A stretch of 64,000 nt of DNA from Kiritimatiellia bacterium. GTDB taxonomy: Bacteria; Verrucomicrobiota; Kiritimatiellia; JAAZAB01. The number at the start of each line of letters is the position of its first letter. Position 1 is the first letter of the stretch. Below the pieces are notes generated by a model. It was given only the letters and a program-made list of their open reading frames with translations. It had not been told where the DNA came from and did no database searches. A program made the translations under genes and the position numbers. Below, one piece after another: positions 39,275 to 50,046 of this stretch. The stretch covers positions 192,001-256,000 of the forward strand of contig JAXGPF010000003.1 of NCBI GenBank assembly GCA_040767085.1, given 5' to 3'.

Positions 39275-39666
39275 TCGCATCTGCGGCATACTGACGTCAT
39301 CACGGATTCAGGTGTAACGCCAGCGGCCGGCGTTAATGCCGGCCGCTCCGGATCACCTGGCGTCGTTTAATACCCAAAGATTTCCGCGGCACCACCATGT
39401 TACACCCGGCTGGCTCCAGCACTACTGCTGTCTCGCCCCTTTTGTCGCTCGTTTCCCGCCTCCGAACCGATTTGCCGGCATGCAAGCCCCATACTTCGAT
39501 GGCACCCTGCGCAGACACTCACTCTTTTTATCTATATCTACATTTTCACTTTAAGGCGTCTGGATAGCAGGCGCTGTACTGGTGACAGATTCTGATGGTC
39601 TATAAGCTGACAACGCTGAAGTTTCAGGGTGGCTAAAAAAAAGACGCGCGCCGGCGAACAAGGATT

Positions 39667-39981
39667 TTACGCCCTCCGCATCATCCATCTTGCAAGTTCG
39701 CCTTCAGTGATCCGGGCGTGTGCTCCTGCGTAGGGATAGAATGCTTTCAGCGCACCAGTGGAAAGCGCCCTATACAAAATGGTACGCGACAGGCCTGTCC
39801 GCTTGGCCGCTGTAGAGATATTCAAGGCTCGGCCTTCATTTACTTCTTTTGGTGGTTGTCCGCGGCGGATCGCTTCCACGGCGGCAATCTGGGCAGCATC
39901 TTCCGGCAAGGTCAGAATCCATGTTATAAGATTCAGCTTGCGGGTCTCCGGGGTTAATGGATTGATTTCGCTGCTGGTCAT
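39667..39981 (-). CDS. Excisionase-like HTH DNA-binding protein
   Basis: LNISTAAKRTGLSRTILYRAL...RITEGELARW; AAGGAG RBS. Confidence 0.75.
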   Translation of the reverse strand: MTSSEINPLTPETRKLNLITWILTLPEDAAQIAAVEAIRRGQPPKEVNEGRALNISTAAKRTGLSRTILYRALSTGALKAFYPYAGAHARITEGELARWMMRRA

Positions 39982-40056
39982 TGTATGTCTCCTTGTGCAT
40001 TATTTCCCTTCTAGTCGTCTGGCAGGACTTGATCAACCCAATTAGAGAATTAAATA

Positions 40057-40118
40057 TTGACAACACCTAACCATACGGTTTAATTTGCACAAAAAGACGT
40101 TTAAAGTCCTTTTACGCA
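40057..40118 (+). promoter_or_regulatory. Sigma70-like promoter and imperfect palindrome upstream of abiEi
   Basis: TTGACA at 40057, TTTAAT at about 40079, palindrome TGC..AAAAAGAC.TTTAAAGTCCTTTT..GCA. Confidence 0.5.
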
Positions 40119-40119
40119 T

Positions 40120-40908
40120 ATGAAACCGGTGGGCATAGTATATACCAGAAGCTTGCTGGCTGCAGGAAAATACACGTTTAGCCGCTCCGAGGCGGCCAAG
40201 GCGCTGAACCGACGCGGCGACCCCTTGAACAAGATTCTTGGGCGATTGAAGCACACCGGCTGGGTATTTCCGATAGGGAGCGATTTCTTTACGGTTGTGG
40301 ACCCTCAGAACAAAAGCCTGGGGCATATCCCGCCGGCATGGTTTATTGATGCATGGGCGCAGTTTAAAGGGATCGAGTATTACGTGGCGGGCTTGAGCGC
40401 CGCGGAACTTCATGGCGCGGCGCATCAACGGCCGCAGGTATTTCAAGTGGTTGTCAACCGCAGTATGCGTTCCTTCCGCTCGCCTTCCCTCTCGGTCCAA
40501 TTACTCTATCGCCAGAAGATAACTTCAGCGATGTGGGAACGTAAGAAAGTGCCCACCGGATATTTTCGCGTAAGCACTCCAGAGTTGACGGCATACGATC
40601 TTCTTTCATTGCGCAAGGCATGTCCGTCGCTTGATCATGCGGCAACGGTTTATGTCGAACTGGGAGAAGCCATGCGCGCCCGGCGGGTGGCAGAGCTATG
40701 CGAGGCCGGGTTTGAAACGCCGGTCCTGCAACGCCTGGGCTGGATGCTTGACCGTGCGGGTTGGAGCAAATTGACGGAGGGCTTGGCGCAAGGACTGAGC
40801 CGGCGCCGCCGCGACTGGGTACATTTGGCCACGCAACTGCCGGCGCATGGCAATCGCAATGCTAAATGGCGGATCATCGAAAATACGGATATCCAACCGG
40901 ATATCTAA
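40120..40908 (+). CDS. abiEi: Type IV TA antitoxin, AbiEi family (no toxin gene follows)
   Basis: YYVAGLSAAELHGAAHQRPQVFQV, VSTPELTAYDL, LQRLGW. Confidence 0.85.
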   Translation: MKPVGIVYTRSLLAAGKYTFSRSEAAKALNRRGDPLNKILGRLKHTGWVFPIGSDFFTVVDPQNKSLGHIPPAWFIDAWAQFKGIEYYVAGLSAAELHGAAHQRPQVFQVVVNRSMRSFRSPSLSVQLLYRQKITSAMWERKKVPTGYFRVSTPELTAYDLLSLRKACPSLDHAATVYVELGEAMRARRVAELCEAGFETPVLQRLGWMLDRAGWSKLTEGLAQGLSRRRRDWVHLATQLPAHGNRNAKWRIIENTDIQPDI

Positions 40909-41233
40909 AAATGAGAGTAAATTTCAAAAAACGTTTTGAAAGAATTCAGCAGTCAGGAGTCAGAATTTAGATAATTTTAACAGCGATCTTGCAGGGCTTC
41001 TGCCTGGCGACTTTCGGTACGCACAGGCTGATGGTTTTGAGGTTCTGGAACGTGAAATCATTCCGCGCCTCTAACCAGTTTAGGGTACAATTAGGGGAAT
41101 TTATAGCCCGTAAACGCCCGAAATTGCCCGGTGTGGCGCAGACGGTATAATACAGCATAACTTGCTTAATATAAACATATTACAATGCAGTTGGCGGGCA
41201 CTTTAGAGGTGGGCGAACAAGCTGCTGGTTCGA

Positions 41234-41277
41234 CTTCCAAGCTGGCTGCGAGGGTTCGATTCCCTTCACCCGCTCCA
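41234..41277 (+). other. att site: 3' half of tRNA-Gly(TCC)
   Basis: CTTCCAA anticodon loop, GGTTCGATTCC T-arm, CCCGCTCCA end; the 5' half cannot form acceptor or anticodon stems. Confidence 0.85.
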
Positions 41278-42180
41278 CCCTTGCTCCCTCTGATTTGCGT
41301 CAAGTCGCGGTTCCTGCTGTGCCCAGGCAAATCACGAGCTGATCCGATTGACCGGAATGACGAAGCGGGGATGGTTGGCCGGGGATGATCTTGTTGTCCG
41401 AAATTTTTGTGTTGTCAACAAGTTGTATCCTGAACATGCTCAAGAGCCAGACCGAGGCGCAAGGCAAGGCCTTTAAAGAGACCGGCGGGTTAAGCGAGCG
41501 GCTCATGGCCAGGCGCATCGAGGCGCGGGAAAAACGATGCCCCCGTCGCCCGCCTGCCCTTTGTGCGGCCAGCCCATACGCCGGCGCAAGTCGGCCAAAG
41601 GAGATTTCTGGAGGTGCTCTGTATTCCCCGCGTGCAAATGAACCAGGCCGGCATGAAAGCAATGGAGAGAACGAACTGCCAGCGCCCCGGGCAGCAGCAC
41701 AATGCTTACGTTCGGAGGCTACATTCCTCCATAAGCCGCAATGCGTCAGGGCTTGATGGTGACGGGCTCGCTGCGGCCGGCCGCCCCATAGCCCTCGGAG
41801 AGAAAAATCCGGAAATTGTACTGGTCGCCCGATCCGCAAGGTCTATCGGCTGCCGGCCAAAGTTGACGACGCCCTTGTCAGCACCCGCCACCAGGTGGAA
41901 CGAACCGCTACTGGTTCCGGTAATGCTCACCTCGCAACGACTGTCCGGCAGGGAGATGTAATTGATAAGAAATCGCTTTTCAGGGTGACCGGGCACACAA
42001 ACCCGCCCGCCGGTGTGTGACCGTACTCATGCAGACAGGCTGACACCGGACTGCAACGCACTTTGATGAAGAAAAATATGCCAAGACGTAATCATACATA
42101 ATGTCAAGTTCGGACTAAAATATTACGAACTAAAAAACAGCTTCAGGCTCATCCATTGCGGGTGGGACTTTTTTTATCTG

Positions 42181-42396
42181 CCGGCGGGCGCATCTGCGAT
42201 TCAGTTTATTCGGCTAAGTGCAACTTTTTGGAGTGCGGCCGGCTACGCCGGATTTTGCGGGTTACATGCAAGCCTATAAACGCGCAGTCGAGCCTGCGCA
42301 CTCCCAAGCCGCTGCGCGGCAGAAGACTGTGCGAAAGGTACGAAAGCGTGCCTGGGCCGGCTTGATTGTACCTGATCGCAGATGCGCCCCTGCCGG
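42181..42396. repeat. MITE/REP-like element
   Basis: ~24-bp terminal IR (42181-42204 and 42372-42396) and inner GGAGTGCG/CGCACTCC; 42188-42230 recurs at 59620-59662. Confidence 0.6.
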
Positions 42397-42447
42397 GTGG
42401 ATGAGGGATTCAGAACTTGACAAAGAAATAACAGGGGCGTATTAAAA

Positions 42448-45168
42448 ATGGAGTTTCAAGGATATAAAATGGATGCCGGGTCCGCTGTTTGTAATTTATA
42501 CAAATCTAGAGCTACGGAGGCACTCATGCAGTTCATGAAATTATTGTCCCCCGCGATTGTAGTCAGCCTGGTTGGATTGATGGCGCATACATCTAACGCC
42601 GCCACATGGCACGTCAGCCCCACCGGCAATGATGCCAACGATGGGGCGAGTTGGGCAACGGCAAAACAGACCATCCAGGCAGGCGTGGATGCGGCGGCAT
42701 CTAGCGACACGGTTCTTGTTAACGATGGCACTTACGTCTTGACGGAGCAAATCAACGCCTATGCGCCAATCATTATCCGCAGCGTCAATGGACCGGGAAC
42801 AACAATTGTGGATGGGAATGGACCGGTAACATCCAACCGATGTTTTTACCTGGAAGCAGATTGCACGCTTGATGGTTTTACCGTAACAAACGGACATTCT
42901 CCACAAGGCCAAGCCGGAGGCGGGGTATATTGCGTCAATGAAACTGTTACCATTACCAACTGCATTATCTCGGGAAATACCGCAGAAGAAGGCGGCGGCG
43001 GAACGGTTGGCGGCACGCTGTACAACTGCACGATCTCCGGGAACACAGCTTGGACTGCCGGCGGGGCTTCCGGCGGCGTATTGCACAATTGTACAATTAT
43101 TGAAAACACGGCAAATTACGGCGGCGGAGTTTTCAATGCGACACTGGAAAACTGCACGATCTCCCGAAACTCAGGAGAGTACGGCGGCGGCGCGTCTTAC
43201 TGCACCTTGAACAACTGCACGCTCTCCGGAAACTCAGCCACAATGTGCGGCGGGGGAGCGTATTCTCTGGAGCATGCCTATACCTTGAACAACTGTACGC
43301 TTTCCGGGAATACAGCGGGGGAGAGCGGCGGCGGCGCGTATTACTGTGCCTTGAACAACTGCACGCTCTCCGGAAACTCGGCCGCAGTCAACGGCGGCGG
43401 GGCTTGTTACAGTTCATTGAACAACTGCATTGTGTATCATAATCCAGGGAGCGACATTCATGCGTCCACAGTGAAATACACCTGTTCGCCTGATGCAGCG
43501 GCGGGCTCCGATGGCAATATAACCAATGCGCCGCTGTTCATTGATGCCAACAACGGAAATTACAGGCTGTCGGCCGGTTCGCCATGCATTAACGCCGGAC
43601 ATAACTCCATGGCGCCTACAAATATCACCCCGCGGGATCTGGACGGGAATTTGCGAATTTGGGATGGCACAGTTGATATGGGGGCATACGAATACGGATC
43701 TTTATCCGGCCCGCTGGGCGTTTCCGCATCCGATGGCGCCTGCGCCGACAAGGTACGCTTGACGTGGAATGCTCACCCTAACGCCACCGGCTATGAGGTA
43801 TGGCGCAACAGCAACGACAACGCTGGCGCAGCCAGCCAGCTTGCGGCGGAAACCGGCACAATCCATGATGATACCGCCGCGGATGCGGGAGTTATATATT
43901 ATTACTGGGTCAAAGCGACAAATACCGCCGGCATCAGCGAGTTTAGCGTATCGGACAGCGGCTGGCGCAGCCAGGCCGCCGAGATTACCGCGCAACCCCA
44001 ATCCCTGATCAGAAATGAAGGCGAACCCGCGAGTTTTTCAATAACGGCCACTGGCTCTGAACCGCTTTATTTCCAATGGCAGAAGGATGGTTCAAATATT
44101 TCGGCTGCGAATGCCGCCACGCATGATATTGCCGCACTGACATTAGGTGATGCCGGGGAATTTCGTTGCATAGTGAGCAATCTCGCCAGTGCCGTTACCA
44201 GCACAATTGCTTCTCTTACTGTAATCCCTATGGAAACTGCAGCCGCGCCGGCATTCAATCCTGACGGCGGGGCGCATCCCGGCTTCAGCGTAAACGTAAC
44301 GATAACCTGTGCGACCGACGGCGCCACAATTCACTACACAAACAACGGCAATGAACCCACAACCAACAGCGCGACAGTGGCCTCCGGCGGTTCCGTGTCG
44401 TTATCGCTTCCCGGCACGCTCAAGGCGAAAGCGTGGAAGACAGGCATGCATCCGAGCGCAGTGAAATCTGCAAGATACACAGCAGCGCCCCAGCCGCCAG
44501 CCGCACCCGTGAACGTATCCGCATCCGATGGCGTATTCACAAATAAACTCACCGTTGAATGGACTGTAGCGGATGGCGCAACTGGCTACCGGATATTCCG
44601 GCATACCTCCAACCACTACGCCGCTGCCGAAGAGATTGGAACGTCTTCCAGAACAACATACGACGATATGACTGCCAGGGCGAATAAAACATATTATTAC
44701 TGGGTCAAGGCGGTCAATGCCGCCGGAGCCAGCGCCTTCAGCACCCCCGACACCGGCTATCTTGGTGTAATCGGTCCGTTAGTTACGGCAAATGGCATGG
44801 CGGGCGACAACATCCGTATCCGCACGACGGATCCCGTTACCATAGCCGTGGAAATGATGAATCTACCTGTTGAATACCTTGGCTTAAACATTGACTGGTG
44901 GGTAGCGGCATACGTCCAGAATGGCGGGTTATGGTTTTATTTTGACAGCGCCTTTAATCTGACGCCATTCGATGGGAATCCGGCTAATTGCCATCCCGCC
45001 TACCAGGGGCCGCTGTATGAAGTGCCGTCGCAAACGCTGGTTGAAAACATGCTCCTGCCGCCCGGGACGTACAACGTCTGGTTTGCCGTGGATTATCCCA
45101 TGGATGGGGTGTTGAATTTGACTCCGGGATATTACTTGATGGATTCCGTGACCGTGGTGGTGGAATAA
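42448..45168 (+). CDS. Secreted parallel beta-helix protein with choice-of-anchor Q-like, FN3, Ig and chitobiase-C-like domains (true start may be ~42526-42535)
   Basis: Signal peptide, WHVSPTGND, repeated LNNCTLSGN.A..GGGA, SPCINAG...VDMGAYE, YYYWVKA. Confidence 0.85.
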   Translation: MEFQGYKMDAGSAVCNLYKSRATEALMQFMKLLSPAIVVSLVGLMAHTSNAATWHVSPTGNDANDGASWATAKQTIQAGVDAAASSDTVLVNDGTYVLTEQINAYAPIIIRSVNGPGTTIVDGNGPVTSNRCFYLEADCTLDGFTVTNGHSPQGQAGGGVYCVNETVTITNCIISGNTAEEGGGGTVGGTLYNCTISGNTAWTAGGASGGVLHNCTIIENTANYGGGVFNATLENCTISRNSGEYGGGASYCTLNNCTLSGNSATMCGGGAYSLEHAYTLNNCTLSGNTAGESGGGAYYCALNNCTLSGNSAAVNGGGACYSSLNNCIVYHNPGSDIHASTVKYTCSPDAAAGSDGNITNAPLFIDANNGNYRLSAGSPCINAGHNSMAPTNITPRDLDGNLRIWDGTVDMGAYEYGSLSGPLGVSASDGACADKVRLTWNAHPNATGYEVWRNSNDNAGAASQLAAETGTIHDDTAADAGVIYYYWVKATNTAGISEFSVSDSGWRSQAAEITAQPQSLIRNEGEPASFSITATGSEPLYFQWQKDGSNISAANAATHDIAALTLGDAGEFRCIVSNLASAVTSTIASLTVIPMETAAAPAFNPDGGAHPGFSVNVTITCATDGATIHYTNNGNEPTTNSATVASGGSVSLSLPGTLKAKAWKTGMHPSAVKSARYTAAPQPPAAPVNVSASDGVFTNKLTVEWTVADGATGYRIFRHTSNHYAAAEEIGTSSRTTYDDMTARANKTYYYWVKAVNAAGASAFSTPDTGYLGVIGPLVTANGMAGDNIRIRTTDPVTIAVEMMNLPVEYLGLNIDWWVAAYVQNGGLWFYFDSAFNLTPFDGNPANCHPAYQGPLYEVPSQTLVENMLLPPGTYNVWFAVDYPMDGVLNLTPGYYLMDSVTVVVE

Positions 45169-45269
45169 CACGTTAGGGGTCCTGTATTATCAGGGCTGCC
45201 CCTACTCTTTCTTGAATTTTGCCGCATTGTATTCTATATTAAACGCATTCATTACCAACAGGAGCAACC

Positions 45270-45629
45270 ATGGCTTACGAACTGACTGGAAAAATAAAAC
45301 TGATTAATGACGTCCAGACCTTTGAGTCCGGGTTCACCAAACGCGAATTCGTCGTGACCGTGGAGGACGGTAAATATCCGCAGGAGATTGCCCTGGAATG
45401 CATCAAGGATAAAACGCAATTACTTGACAATTTCAAAGCAGGTCAGGCGGTGAACGTGACTTTCGATATTCGCGGACGGGAATACAATGGGCGCTATTTT
45501 AACAACCTGCAGGCCTGGCGTATAGAAGCGGCCGGGGATGCCGCGCCCGATGCGGATGACGGGGACCGCCCGCCAATCCGCGAAGAGCTTGCCCCCCACG
45601 ACAATCTTAACGGTGTTCCGCCGTTCTAA
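45270..45629 (+). CDS. DUF3127 family (SSB-like) protein
   Basis: GFTKREFVV...KYPQEI...FDIRGREYNGRYFNNLQAWRI; acidic tail ending PPF. Confidence 0.88.
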   Translation: MAYELTGKIKLINDVQTFESGFTKREFVVTVEDGKYPQEIALECIKDKTQLLDNFKAGQAVNVTFDIRGREYNGRYFNNLQAWRIEAAGDAAPDADDGDRPPIREELAPHDNLNGVPPF

Positions 45630-45710
45630 GGCGCGCATGCTGAGCCGGCTTAACGGCCGGCCGGCATCCTCCAGCTACGCCGTATTTCCACCGCTGCCAG
45701 TTTGGCCATT

Positions 45711-46757
45711 TCACCCTGGAATCTGTTGGGCAGGCCGCGTGGTGCCGCGCAACAACAAACGGGCCGGACAGGGCATCACACGCGGCGGCGCCTTGTTTTC
45801 CATCATTTCCATCAGCAGTCCTATGCCCTGTTCCGCCATTTCCACCGTCGGCAACTGCACACACGACAAGGGTGGAACGCACAAATCCGCCAGCGGCCGG
45901 TCGCCATAGGCAATGATTTCGACATCGCGGGGCACCTGCACGCCGTTTCCCCGCAGCACATGCACCATGCCCATGGCGCAGACGGTATCGGAACAAAACA
46001 CCGCCATGGGGCGCGGGTTCGTCCGCAGCAGCCGCTCGGCCGCCGCATATCCCCGGGCCATCGGCGTAAGATCGGGATCATTAATCACCGCCACCGACGT
46101 CCATGGGATGCCGCGCCGCTGCAGCGCCTTGCGGGCAATCGCCATCTTGATTTGAAAACGTTCGGACTGGGTTTCACCCCGCACAAAGGCGATGTTGCGG
46201 TGTCCATTGCCGACAAAATGTTCCATGGCTTGCACAACTCCCGGCCCGGGATCAACCACGATGGATGCCGCCAAAGCCGGGCTGGCTTTACAATCCAGCG
46301 CCATCACGGGGACCGGAGCCGACCAACCGCGCAGCATCCGGCGCAGGTCCCGCTCGGTCCAGCCGAGAAACACCAGCGCGTCATTTTCATTGGAAGCCGC
46401 ATGCAGCGCGCGGCGGCAATCCTTCGGATTCAGCGTCACCACATTCATGGCGTAACGTTGCTGGCCCAGCCGTCCGGCCAATTCGGCCAGCAATGCGTGA
46501 TAACTGAACGCGCCGATCACGGGGCGGCTGATGAAAGCCTGGGAAATGCACAGCGCGACCCGGAAATGCCGGCGCAATACCAGGCTGCGCGCCGCCGGAT
46601 TGCCGGTGTAACCATGCCGGGCCGCGAGCGCCTGAATGTTTATGGCTATGTCCGGCCGTACCTTTTTGCGCCACTTGCCGTTAAGCACCAGCGAAACCGT
46701 CGCCGGCGACATGCCAACTTCCCGGGCGATATCGCATATTCCATAGCGCTTGTTCAT
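45711..46757 (-). CDS. LacI-family transcriptional regulator
   Basis: ICDIAREVGMSPATVSLVLNG, VPRDVEIIAYG. Confidence 0.92.
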   Translation of the reverse strand: MNKRYGICDIAREVGMSPATVSLVLNGKWRKKVRPDIAINIQALAARHGYTGNPAARSLVLRRHFRVALCISQAFISRPVIGAFSYHALLAELAGRLGQQRYAMNVVTLNPKDCRRALHAASNENDALVFLGWTERDLRRMLRGWSAPVPVMALDCKASPALAASIVVDPGPGVVQAMEHFVGNGHRNIAFVRGETQSERFQIKMAIARKALQRRGIPWTSVAVINDPDLTPMARGYAAAERLLRTNPRPMAVFCSDTVCAMGMVHVLRGNGVQVPRDVEIIAYGDRPLADLCVPPLSCVQLPTVEMAEQGIGLLMEMMENKAPPRVMPCPARLLLRGTTRPAQQIPG

Positions 46758-46772
46758 GTAGTTTTGCTTTCA

Positions 46773-48332
46773 TCACTGCAGGCGCAGCAATCCGGCGGCG
46801 TTGCCGTATAAAACGCGCTGCTGCTCATCCGCCTCCAGTGCAGCGCAATCCACCCGTCCGCGCTCGTAACCGAAATCGAATATCGGGTAATCCGATCCGT
46901 AAATTACCCGGTCAATCCCGGCCGTTTTAACCAGCCATTCCACCACACCCGGCACCATCCGGCTGGAGCCGAGATCCAGAAACAGATTGGGATGATCGCG
47001 GCAGGCGTCGGCCAGCTCGCGTCCGACGCCATCGCGCAGATTTATTCCCCCGGCATGCGCCGCCAGAAATTTCGCGTTGGGATAACGCACGCACATATTC
47101 CGCCAGACAGCCGGCTTGTCGCCGGCATGGATCAAGATCGGCCAGCCGCGCCGGTCGGCGTATTCCAGGGCCGCGGCATAACCTTCATCCGCCAAAGTGG
47201 TATTGTGAACATCGGCATGGAATTTGAAGCCGCGAAATGACGGATTTTCGCCGTACAACTTGATTTCGTCCCGTATTTCCGCCTGGTGCTTGGGGTCAAC
47301 GGTAATATAGCCGAACAGGCGTTCCGGATAACGCCGGCACGCCGCGGCCACTTCGGCATTGCCCGCGCGGGCCGCGCCGTAACAGGCGTCAATGGAAGTC
47401 AGTACCGCCTTGTCAATCCCGCAACGATTCATTTCGCCGATCATGCCGTCGGCATCGCCCGGGCCGCAATATGAATGCTGCCAGCGGCCGTAATGCACAT
47501 GCATGTCAATGGCGGGATATGCCGTGAAAAAGGCTTGGGTGGACTTTGAGGAAACCGGCTTTAACCCGAGCAACCGGCGCAGATTGGCGCCCAGAATGTT
47601 TTGGCGATCGGCGTCCGACAAAGCGGCCAAAGCCGTCTGCGACAAGACGCCGCCGGCGAAGACCACGGGGCTGTTGCTGCCGAACAACAGGCGCGTGCCG
47701 AATCCGCGCCGGCACAGCCGTTCCAATTCGCCCGGCACATTCAACCGGCTGATTTCCAGGTTAAGATTAGGGCATTCCTCAAGCAACCGGACATACAGGC
47801 GCGGCGCGATGGCGGCGGGCCCGACCACCGCCACCGGCAGCGCGGGATACGCCTGGCACAAGTCGCGGATGCCTTCCCAGTCAATGGATTCATCGCTCCA
47901 ATGGGTGGTTTCATAATCCACGAACAAAAGCGGGTGCGGCTGCTGGAGAAGGCTTTCAGCGATGCCGGCCAGGCACCATGGGCGGACGGGAAAATGCCCG
48001 GCGCGCGGGAAAACGCGCCCGCATGAAATGTTTTCGCGGCGCATGATTACAAGCGCGGCATCCAGCGATAGTGCTTCTGGAACCAAGGTCAGGCACGGAT
48101 GCAGCCGGGGCCTGCCGGCGATGTCGGCCCGCAGCAGGCGGTTGCCCAGGTCGGGCCCGCATTCGCGCGCCAGCACACTGTAAACCAGCGCTTCCCCGAT
48201 GCCCGCGCGGTCCAGGTAACCCAGCAATTCATCCGCGGTTTGAAGAGCCGGATACATTCCGGCTGCAAATCGGCCCAGCCCGATATTGGCGTCAAACACC
48301 GCGCTTTTATTCCATTCCATTTGTTGCTTCAT
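46773..48332 (-). CDS. Tandem amidohydrolase_2-domain protein
   Basis: IDMHVH, GFKFH, LAAHAGG, IYGSDYP; degenerate N-terminal copy (LLFGSNSP). Confidence 0.85.
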   Translation of the reverse strand: MKQQMEWNKSAVFDANIGLGRFAAGMYPALQTADELLGYLDRAGIGEALVYSVLARECGPDLGNRLLRADIAGRPRLHPCLTLVPEALSLDAALVIMRRENISCGRVFPRAGHFPVRPWCLAGIAESLLQQPHPLLFVDYETTHWSDESIDWEGIRDLCQAYPALPVAVVGPAAIAPRLYVRLLEECPNLNLEISRLNVPGELERLCRRGFGTRLLFGSNSPVVFAGGVLSQTALAALSDADRQNILGANLRRLLGLKPVSSKSTQAFFTAYPAIDMHVHYGRWQHSYCGPGDADGMIGEMNRCGIDKAVLTSIDACYGAARAGNAEVAAACRRYPERLFGYITVDPKHQAEIRDEIKLYGENPSFRGFKFHADVHNTTLADEGYAAALEYADRRGWPILIHAGDKPAVWRNMCVRYPNAKFLAAHAGGINLRDGVGRELADACRDHPNLFLDLGSSRMVPGVVEWLVKTAGIDRVIYGSDYPIFDFGYERGRVDCAALEADEQQRVLYGNAAGLLRLQ

Positions 48333-48421
48333 GCTGGCGTTTTCCGGGCTGTCATTTGTAAAAATCTTTGCGCCTTGCCCCGCGTCAAACTTGAGCGGGG
48401 TAAAATTCGGGTAATATCAGG

Positions 48422-49564
48422 TCAAAATCTGATTTCCCACAAATACCCGCTGCGGTACGGGTTGTCGTTTTCCCCGGCGTAAATCACGCCGTCGGGCGTG
48501 ATGGCCACGTCATGCACCTGCCAGCAGACATCTTCACCGGCGCGCACTGCGCCCAGCAGTTCGTATTTTTCGGCGCGCGGATCGAATTTTATCGCCTGAC
48601 AGGCGCCATCGCGGCCCACTACCCCATACGCCATGCCATCCGGCCCCAGGCGCAGCGACGCCAGCCGGCTGCGCCGATCCGTGATCGGGGTTCCGATCAG
48701 CTTGCCCATGCCGCTATCCGGGTCAACGCGGTAGATGGACCCATTCCCGCCGCTGGCGAACAGTTTGCCCGGCCCGAGATTGAAGATTCCTTCCACCTTG
48801 GCGTATCCGTAAGCGCCGTCCGGGCGCGGCAGGCCGGCGTTGAAATATATGATTTTATCCTGGCGGACGTCATACCGGCACAGCCGGTGCGAATCGGCGC
48901 CGGGCTGCATTTGCCAGGCGCGGGTTAGCGACCATCCGCTCCACGCATTGCCGGCATCATCCAATTCGATGTTTTCCCCCTGCCCCATAGCCATGCCGCT
49001 GCCGATCGGTCCGAGATCCCGCGACTCGCCCGTTGCCAGGTCATACCGAAACATGCGTTCGGGGGTAAAAGTGTTGCCGTAAATCGCATTGCGTTTCTGA
49101 TCCAGGCATATGGCCTGGATGTAATGGTGCGGCAGGGGAATCGCCAGTTTTTGAATAGCGCCGCTGGCGGGATCGTAGCGCACAACCGAGCCGCCCGGGG
49201 CTTCCCAGTAGCGGTCAATGTCATGCAACAACGCCGTGGCGGCATACAGGCAGCCGTCCTTGTCGCGCAATTCAAGCGACCGGTGGAATTTGGCGTCAAA
49301 CGGGTTGCGGATGCGCGCGTAGCCGCAATCCACGAATTTTTGCGAACTGCGGTCGTAGGCGTAAAAGATATCCGCCGCGAAGGATGTTATGCCGCAATAC
49401 ACCCGGTCGGTTGCGGGAACATGGCGGCAGCAGTCGAAACTGATCCAGCCTTTGCGCCATTTTTCGTTTGTAATAAAATCGTCGTAATTCCAGCGATCCA
49501 GAACTTCCGTGTTCCACTGATCGCCAAACCGTTCATCCAACAATTTTAACGCTTGTATTTGCAT
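48422..49564 (-). CDS. Beta-propeller-like hypothetical protein
   Basis: Repeated RYDP/YD..G blades; AGGAGA RBS. Confidence 0.75.
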   Translation of the reverse strand: MQIQALKLLDERFGDQWNTEVLDRWNYDDFITNEKWRKGWISFDCCRHVPATDRVYCGITSFAADIFYAYDRSSQKFVDCGYARIRNPFDAKFHRSLELRDKDGCLYAATALLHDIDRYWEAPGGSVVRYDPASGAIQKLAIPLPHHYIQAICLDQKRNAIYGNTFTPERMFRYDLATGESRDLGPIGSGMAMGQGENIELDDAGNAWSGWSLTRAWQMQPGADSHRLCRYDVRQDKIIYFNAGLPRPDGAYGYAKVEGIFNLGPGKLFASGGNGSIYRVDPDSGMGKLIGTPITDRRSRLASLRLGPDGMAYGVVGRDGACQAIKFDPRAEKYELLGAVRAGEDVCWQVHDVAITPDGVIYAGENDNPYRSGYLWEIRF

Positions 49565-50046
49565 TACATTTCTCCTCGTTACTGAATCCGGAATATTATC
49601 CACAACAGAAAGCAAAGATCACAAAGACCGAATTATTTTCTTAGTTTTCCTTGTGATCTTTCGTGGTGAATTTTTCCGAACACCTCATCGCCACGCTCCA
49701 GATCACTGCTGATAGCGTCCAAGGCGCCGAAAAAATCGTCAAACACATCCGCCAGGGCCAACGCGGCGGCACACTCGTCATGCGGTAATTGGATCCGATG
49801 AGACCACGCGCAATGCCGGCCCGCCGTATACATACTCGAAAGTCTTCTGTTGGCGCATTTGCATACGGCCCCTTTTGAAAACTAAGGTTAAAACGTTTTA
49901 ACTAAAAGTAAAAAGTAGCAGTTTTTCTGCATTCGTCAAGCATTTATTTTATGGGCCGGCTAAAGGGATGGCCGGAGCGGCTGGATTCACGCGCGACGTA
50001 ACTGGGGACGGTCGGGGTTCCGGCGGTCAGCCGCGGCGCCGCCGGC

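Larger units (their letters stand above)
1..41277. mobile_element. Integrative genomic/defence island inserted at tRNA-Gly (left end lies outside the window)
   Basis: Tyrosine integrase C-terminus at the left edge, duplicated tRNA-Gly 3' half at 41234-41277, internal primase/helicase/excisionase-like genes and defence cargo; housekeeping genes appear only after 41.3 kb. Confidence 0.75.

Noticed and set aside
41195-41277. Intact tRNA-Gly gene
   Set aside because: Only the anticodon loop to CCA is tRNA-like; the 5' half cannot pair, so it is treated as an att remnant.
42950-43440. Tandem ~66-75 bp repeats as a CRISPR array or DGR
   Set aside because: They are in-frame beta-helix coding repeats without unique spacers.
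49614-49833. AAAGATCACAA/TTGTGATCTTT inverted repeat and 66-aa ORF
   Set aside because: No recognisable function; probably a degenerate intergenic repeat.
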